A DNA stretch of 64,000 nt from an uncultured Acidobacteriota bacterium (GTDB taxonomy: Bacteria > Acidobacteriota > Vicinamibacteria > Vicinamibacterales > JAKQTR01). Location of the stretch: the NCBI GenBank assembly GCA_963813325.1, contig CAWEYM010000003.1, forward strand, positions 486,128-550,127. The letters run 5' to 3'. Shown one piece after another: positions 58,775 to 64,000 of the stretch (position 1 is the first letter of the stretch; each line of letters starts with the position of its first letter). The translations under genes were made by a program, and so were the position numbers. Under the pieces are notes generated by a model. That model did not search any database and was not told the origin of the DNA. It was given only the letters and a program-made list of their open reading frames with translations.

Positions 58775-60043
58775 TCAGCTCCCGCCCCGGATCCTCGCGA
58801 TCATCCGCTCGTACTTCTGCATGATCAGGTCCCACCGGTAGTGCTGGCGCACGTACTGCCGGCCGTTCCGGCCCATGGCGACGCGGAGCCGCTCGTCGAT
58901 CACGAGCAGGTCCAGACACGCGACGAATTCGTCGCGATCGGCGTAGAACAGGCCCGCGTTGCTCCGCACGCAGTGGTCGACGAGCACCTCGCTCCGGGCG
59001 TTGGCCAGGATGGGCGTGCCCACCGCGAAGGCTTCCAGCGCCAGCAGCGACAGGCTCTCGTACGGGGAGGGGACCACGACGACCGTCGCAGCCTCCAGCG
59101 CCTGCAGGCGTTCCCGCTCGGACAGCAGGCCCGCGAAGCGCACGGACGGATCCTCGGGCAGCGGCATCAGCTTGACGCCCATCAGGACCAGGGACGCCTC
59201 GCCGCCGTCCCCGTGGTAGCTGCCGAAGTACTCGATGAGCTCCTCGCAGCCCTTTCCCTTTTCGATCCGGCCCCCGTAGAGCAGGAACGGGCCGTGCAGC
59301 CGGTGCCGCCGGCGGAAGGCGGCGCCCCGGGCGGCCAGCGGCGAGCGCGGGCGGGCGGCGACCTCGCTCAGTCCATCCGGATCCTCCGCCGGCTCGTCGT
59401 CGTCCGGCTTCCGCGTCCGGCTGAAGGCCTGGGGCGGCAGCTCGACCCCGCAGCCGACGGTTTCCTCCATGATGGCGCGGACCGAGAAGTGCGTCGTCAG
59501 GAAGCGCCGTTCGACTTCCGTGTTGTAGGCAATACCGGCGGGGAGGCTGAGGACCTCCTTGTAGATGTCGAGGTGGATGGCTGGCTCGTCGTGGGCGGTC
59601 GGCACCAGGATGCTGCGGGCCGGCGCGACCTGCAGGCCCAGCACGGTCGGGGCGTACAGGTAGGTGAAGAAGATCAGCGCGTCGTACGACTCGTGGTTGC
59701 GCTCGAGGTACTCGACCAGGGCCGGGCACCAGGGACCCTGCTGCTTCAGCCAGCTCAGCTCGTCGGCCCGCGTGTGAGGGTTGTGGAAGATCCAGTCCGA
59801 GTACCGGTTGAACGACGCGATGTCGCGCGTGGCGGCGTTCGCGAACCGGCGGACGGTGACGCCGCGCACCCGGTCGGCCCCTTCGGGGTACTCGTTCTTC
59901 CAGGTGATGTAGTCCTGGGCGCAGGTCGTCAGGACCTCGACCTGGTGCCGCACCGCCAGGCGCTCGGCGATCAGGCGGCAGTGGTACTCCGAGCCGCCCA
60001 GGATTTCCGACCCGTACCGTTGGACGATGAAGGCGAGTTTCAC
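58775..60043 (-). CDS. GT4-family glycosyltransferase
   Basis: GGSEYH, YGGRIEKGKG, PSPYESLSLLALEAF. Confidence 0.92.
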   Translation of the reverse strand: MKLAFIVQRYGSEILGGSEYHCRLIAERLAVRHQVEVLTTCAQDYITWKNEYPEGADRVRGVTVRRFANAATRDIASFNRYSDWIFHNPHTRADELSWLKQQGPWCPALVEYLERNHESYDALIFFTYLYAPTVLGLQVAPARSILVPTAHDEPAIHLDIYKEVLSLPAGIAYNTEVERRFLTTHFSVRAIMEETVGCGVELPPQAFSRTRKPDDDEPAEDPDGLSEVAARPRSPLAARGAAFRRRHRLHGPFLLYGGRIEKGKGCEELIEYFGSYHGDGGEASLVLMGVKLMPLPEDPSVRFAGLLSERERLQALEAATVVVVPSPYESLSLLALEAFAVGTPILANARSEVLVDHCVRSNAGLFYADRDEFVACLDLLVIDERLRVAMGRNGRQYVRQHYRWDLIMQKYERMIARIRGGS

Positions 60044-60050
60044 GGGATGT

Positions 60051-61118
60051 TCACGAGCTGAAGCGCGCCACCAGGCGCCGAAGCTCGTCCTCGATGCGAG
60101 CGTCTCCGAAGTCCGCCAGCCGCCGCCGCTGTCCCTCGATCACCGCCGCGCGCACGCCGTCGTCGAACGCCAGCATGCCCATCAACTCGGCGGCGCACTC
60201 GAAGTCCTTCGGCGAGAACTGCACGCCGGCGCCCCCTAGCGTATCCGGGATGGCGGTGCTGGCGTACGCCAAAACCGGCACGTCCGCCGCCATCGCCTCG
60301 ATCAGGGGCACGCAGAAGCCTTCGTGCTCGCTCAGGGAAATGTACACGCTCGCGGCCCGGTAGTAGGCGGCGAGCTCCACGTCGGGCACCGGGCCCGTGA
60401 AGATGAACCGGCCCGGCAGCATGTCGAACTCGGCGATGAGCGCCCGGACCATCGCGGAGTACCGCGGGACCACGTCGTCGCGCCCCACGAAGATGAAACG
60501 GTAGTACGCGTCGACGTAGCGCTTGTAGTGCTCCGCCAGGCGGATGTGGTCCTCGATCTTCTTGTTCGGTGCGATGCGGCCGACGAACAGGAAATTGGTC
60601 AGGCCGTCGTACAGGATCTTCTCGAGCGCCGGGCGGCGCGGCGCGTCGAGGATGCGGCCCACGTCCACCGCGATGGGAAACACGCCGGTCGGGTCGAAGC
60701 CGATCGCCTCGAGCTCCCGCCGGTTGTACTCGGAATCGCCCAGCGCCAGGTCGACCCTCCCCGCGAGCGTCCCCAGCTCCCGCCGGCCGAGCGTGGCCAG
60801 CCGGAAGAGGCCCGGGTCGTACGGCGCGAAGAAGCGGGCCGGCGTCACGTTGTGGTACTGCAGGACGCGCCCGCCCGGCAGCGAGGCGAAAGCGTCGGTC
60901 ATCGGCGACGGGAGCGCGTAGTGGAAGATCGTCACGTCACCGCGGGAGGCCGCCGGGTCGCCGAACGGCCGGACGTCGTCGCGGAGGTCGTCGTCGACGG
61001 TCAGCGCGAACAGGTCGGACTCGTGGCCGAGGCCGCGCAGCAGCCCGCGCACCCGACGGGCGCTGTCGCCGATGGCGTCCCCGCGGTGCGCGGCCGGGAC
61101 CCACTGGTTGATGACCAT
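60051..61118 (-). CDS. GT4-family glycosyltransferase
   Basis: GDAIG, YHNVTP, FVGRIAPNK, SEHEGFCVPLIEAM; ATG 61118. Confidence 0.92.
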   Translation of the reverse strand: MVINQWVPAAHRGDAIGDSARRVRGLLRGLGHESDLFALTVDDDLRDDVRPFGDPAASRGDVTIFHYALPSPMTDAFASLPGGRVLQYHNVTPARFFAPYDPGLFRLATLGRRELGTLAGRVDLALGDSEYNRRELEAIGFDPTGVFPIAVDVGRILDAPRRPALEKILYDGLTNFLFVGRIAPNKKIEDHIRLAEHYKRYVDAYYRFIFVGRDDVVPRYSAMVRALIAEFDMLPGRFIFTGPVPDVELAAYYRAASVYISLSEHEGFCVPLIEAMAADVPVLAYASTAIPDTLGGAGVQFSPKDFECAAELMGMLAFDDGVRAAVIEGQRRRLADFGDARIEDELRRLVARFSS

Positions 61119-61135
61119 GGCGGGAACGTCCGCGC

Positions 61136-62371
61136 CTACCAGTTGATGCTGCTGGCGCGCTCGGCGGCCGGCAGCCCCTTGTAGAGGGACGGGCGGTAGA
61201 GGCGGAGCCGCTCGATCCGTTCGGTCGTGTCCACCTGCTGCCAGAAATCCTGCATCACCGCGTGCGGCGGGAGCCGGGGGGCGGCGATCACCTCGTCCAC
61301 CAGCGAGAGCAGGGTGCCGGCGAAGTCCCTCGCCCGCAGCCGCTCGAGCGCGCGGTCCTGCCCGTCGAGGATCCGGTCCTGCAGCGCGGCGTCGCTCACG
61401 ACCAGGTCCAGCAGGGCAGCCACCTGGTCGGGGTCGGGCTCGTCGTACAGGATGCCCGCGCCGTCCATGGTGGCGGGCACCGCCGTGCGCGCGAACGCGA
61501 CGACGGGCAGGCGCTCGTAGAACGCCTCGACCAGCGGCACGCAGAAGCCCTCGTGCTCGCTCGCGCACAGGAAGACGTCCGACGCCCCGTAGTACGCCCG
61601 CAGTTCCTCGTTCGACACGTGCCCGGCGAAGTGGACGTCGGGCACACCGAGGCGCGCGACCAGCTGCTGGAGCATCGTGAAGTAGCGCTCGAACCCGCCG
61701 TACGATCCGACGACGAGCAGCCGCGAGCGGGGGTTGAAGCGGGTCTTGTACGCCGCGAAGAACCGGATGAGATGCTCGACCCGCTTGTTCGGGATCACGC
61801 GCCCGACAAACAGGATGTTTGTCCAGGCATCGTCGAACTGCCGGGCGACCAGGTCGTTGGCCGGGCCGTCCAGGTGGGAGAAGTCCGGCACCACCGGAAG
61901 CACCCGTGTGCGCGGAAACCCCAGCGCCTCGAGCTCCTGCCGGTTGAACTCCGAGTCGCCCAGGGCCAGGTCGCACCGCCCGACGTACGCGCCGAGCTCG
62001 CGGCGCCCGTGGTAGCAGAGCCGCACGAGCAGCTTGTGGATGTCCACGAAGTACCCGGGCGGCGTGATGTTGTGGTACACGAGCATCATCCGGTCCGGCA
62101 GCGCGTAGGCGATCCGGCTGGCCTTCGAGCCGATGGAGAAGTGGTGGATCAGGATGTTCCCCGGCCGGCTGCACGCGAGCAGGTCGCGGTAGTCCCGCGT
62201 CAGGTCCTCGAGGCGCGGATCGGCGGTCTCGACGAAGATGTCCGACTCGTAGCCGGCCTCGCGCAGCACGCGCTGGATGCCGAGGACCTCGTGGCCGATC
62301 GCGTCGCCGTAGCCCAGCGTCGCCAGCACCTGGTGAACCTGCACCGTCCGTGGTCCCGTCCCGCCGCTCAT
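61136..62371 (-). CDS. GT4-family glycosyltransferase
   Basis: GDAIG, YHNITP, FVGRVIPNK, SEHEGFCVPLVEAF; ATG 62371. Confidence 0.92.
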   Translation of the reverse strand: MSGGTGPRTVQVHQVLATLGYGDAIGHEVLGIQRVLREAGYESDIFVETADPRLEDLTRDYRDLLACSRPGNILIHHFSIGSKASRIAYALPDRMMLVYHNITPPGYFVDIHKLLVRLCYHGRRELGAYVGRCDLALGDSEFNRQELEALGFPRTRVLPVVPDFSHLDGPANDLVARQFDDAWTNILFVGRVIPNKRVEHLIRFFAAYKTRFNPRSRLLVVGSYGGFERYFTMLQQLVARLGVPDVHFAGHVSNEELRAYYGASDVFLCASEHEGFCVPLVEAFYERLPVVAFARTAVPATMDGAGILYDEPDPDQVAALLDLVVSDAALQDRILDGQDRALERLRARDFAGTLLSLVDEVIAAPRLPPHAVMQDFWQQVDTTERIERLRLYRPSLYKGLPAAERASSINW

Positions 62372-63678
62372 GGAACGCGCCTCCCCTGCACGACCGGGCC
62401 CTCCGGCAGGCCGCGCACCACGTCCCTCGCGGGCGGCAGGCTGGCCTTGCGCCGCGCGAACCACCCCGGGACCGGTTCGATCGGCGGCACTCGCCGCCCC
62501 GCCCGGTCATCCTCCTGCAGGCGGGCCAGCACGTCCATGTACTTCCCCTCGATCACCGGCCACGCGTAGTGCCTCGCGTAGAAGGCCCGCCCGTTGTCGC
62601 CGAGCGCCCGGTTCAGGGACCGGTTCGACTCGATGGTGTACAGCGCCTCGGCGAACTCCTCGAAGTTCTCGTAGTAGAGGCCCGCGTTGCTCCGGACGCA
62701 CTGCCCCTGCAGCACGTCGCACCGCGCGTTGGCCAGCACCGGGCGCCCCAGGGCCCACGCCTCGAGCGCGACCATGGAGAGGCTCTCGAAGTACGACGGC
62801 ATGACCAGCGCCTCGGCCCCGGCGATCGCGTCGAACTTGTCCTCGTCGGGCAGGAACCCGAGGTGCCGGATGCGCGGATCGTCCGGGATTGGCAGGATCG
62901 AGGTGCCGATCAGCACGAGGCCCAGGTCGCCGGGCACGCTGCGCGCGTACTGCTGGAAGAACGAGAACAGCTCCTTGCAGCCCTTGTTCTCGTCGATGCG
63001 GCCCACGTAGACGACGTAGCGGCGCCCGATGCCATGCTTCTGGCGGAACCGCGCCGGCTGCGGGCGGGCCGGCACCTCCGAGCCGATGCCGACGACGACA
63101 TGCGGCACGCCGGCGTTGCCCGAGGCGGCCTGGATCATCGCGCGCTCCTCGGGCGAGTTGTACATGAGCGCCCGCGTCCCGCGGAAGATCGGCCCGAACA
63201 GCGACAGCCCGATGGCGCCGTCGCGCTCGGCGGTCGGCACCAGCAGCGACCGGGCGGCCGCCGCGCGGATCCCGTGGTACGCGTGGTAGTAGCGATAGCT
63301 GAAGAAGATCAGGTAGTCGCAGCTCGCGGAGTTGCGGCGGACGTGATCGATGAGCGCGGGCGAGGTGGGCCCCTCGCTCTCGAGCCACGCGAGCTCGTCG
63401 GCGAGCGAGTGCACCTGGTCGAACACGTGGTGCGACCGGCGGCCGAACAGCTCCGGGACCCGCTCGCGACGGACGGGAAACCGGCGCACGCGGATGCCAT
63501 TGAGCTGCTCCAGGCCCGCGGGCAGCTCGTCACGCCACGTGACGTAGTCCCGCGCGCACGTGGTCAGGACCTCGACCTCGGCGTGACGGGCCAGGTGCTC
63601 GGCGACGTAGCGCGCGTGGAGCTCCGCGCCCCCGTTGATGTCGAGGCCGTACCGCTGGACGACGACCGCGATCTTCAC
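62368..63678 (-). CDS. GT4-family glycosyltransferase
   Basis: GGAELH, YVGRIDENKG, PSYFESLSMVALEAW. Confidence 0.92.
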   Translation of the reverse strand: MKIAVVVQRYGLDINGGAELHARYVAEHLARHAEVEVLTTCARDYVTWRDELPAGLEQLNGIRVRRFPVRRERVPELFGRRSHHVFDQVHSLADELAWLESEGPTSPALIDHVRRNSASCDYLIFFSYRYYHAYHGIRAAAARSLLVPTAERDGAIGLSLFGPIFRGTRALMYNSPEERAMIQAASGNAGVPHVVVGIGSEVPARPQPARFRQKHGIGRRYVVYVGRIDENKGCKELFSFFQQYARSVPGDLGLVLIGTSILPIPDDPRIRHLGFLPDEDKFDAIAGAEALVMPSYFESLSMVALEAWALGRPVLANARCDVLQGQCVRSNAGLYYENFEEFAEALYTIESNRSLNRALGDNGRAFYARHYAWPVIEGKYMDVLARLQEDDRAGRRVPPIEPVPGWFARRKASLPPARDVVRGLPEGPVVQGRRVP

Positions 63679-64000
63679 TGGTCGGTCGAATCGACGTCGC
63701 CGTCGCGCGGCGCGTCGGCCGGGCGGGAATCGGCCGCCGGAGCCAGCCCGGCGGGAGGTTCGGCGTGCGACGCCATGTCGTCCTCGGCCGCACCGGGAGC
63801 TTCGTCGCCCCCGCCGTCGGTGACGTCTCCGCCCCTGCCCTGCGGCTGGCCGGACCCGCCCCCGCGCCCGCCGCGGCGGCGCCGCCGGCGGCGGCTGCGC
63901 TGCGCCTCGCCCTTTTGCGCGGCCGCCTCGCCGTCTCCCTCGCGGACCGGCTCGGCCGGTCCGGCGGTTCCCGCCCCTTCGACGGCCGGCCCGGATCCGG
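63675..64000 (-). CDS. C-terminal disordered tail of an unidentified protein (5' end outside window)
   Basis: Open frame ...EAQRSRRRRRRRGGRGG...DVDSTDQ*, whose TGA overlaps the GTG start of the GT4 gene. Confidence 0.65.
   Translation of the reverse strand, partial: GSGPAVEGAGTAGPAEPVREGDGEAAAQKGEAQRSRRRRRRRGGRGGGSGQPQGRGGDVTDGGGDEAPGAAEDDMASHAEPPAGLAPAADSRPADAPRDGDVDSTDQ

Overview
High-GC (roughly 70% by eye) bacterial chromosomal segment, probably Acidobacteriota (Vicinamibacteria-like). That placement is inferred from an acidobacterial-type VWA protein, an Oar-like TonB-dependent receptor, PEGA and BON proteins and several sigma54 regulators. About 50 genes are present, and no rRNA, tRNA, CRISPR array, integrase or transposase was seen. 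Main modules in order: (1) an OmpR/HAMP-kinase pair; (2) a DUF202 protein whose RTxLAxx motif is amplified to 21 heptads; (3) an ECF sigma factor, Ser/Thr kinase-TPR and MauG/BthA-like di-heme protein; (4) a candidate uptake/catabolism locus with a giant atypical M14 metallopeptidase, a TonB-dependent receptor and a two-subunit hydantoinase/5-oxoprolinase; (5) ino1; (6) an MSHA-like type IV filament cluster with GspG-like pilins, showing a frameshift and a deleted sensor kinase; (7) orphan ABC ATPases, a methylmalonyl-CoA mutase large subunit and glgC; (8) a PDZ-membrane-GAF-PAS kinase and sigma54 regulator with a clear enhancer/promoter; (9) four tandem GT4 glycosyltransferases. Non-coding signals include three copies of a ~100 bp structured REP-derived element, six sigma54-type promoters, several apparently leaderless genes and a structured pilin 5' leader. 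All family assignments come from motif recognition by eye, not from database searches.
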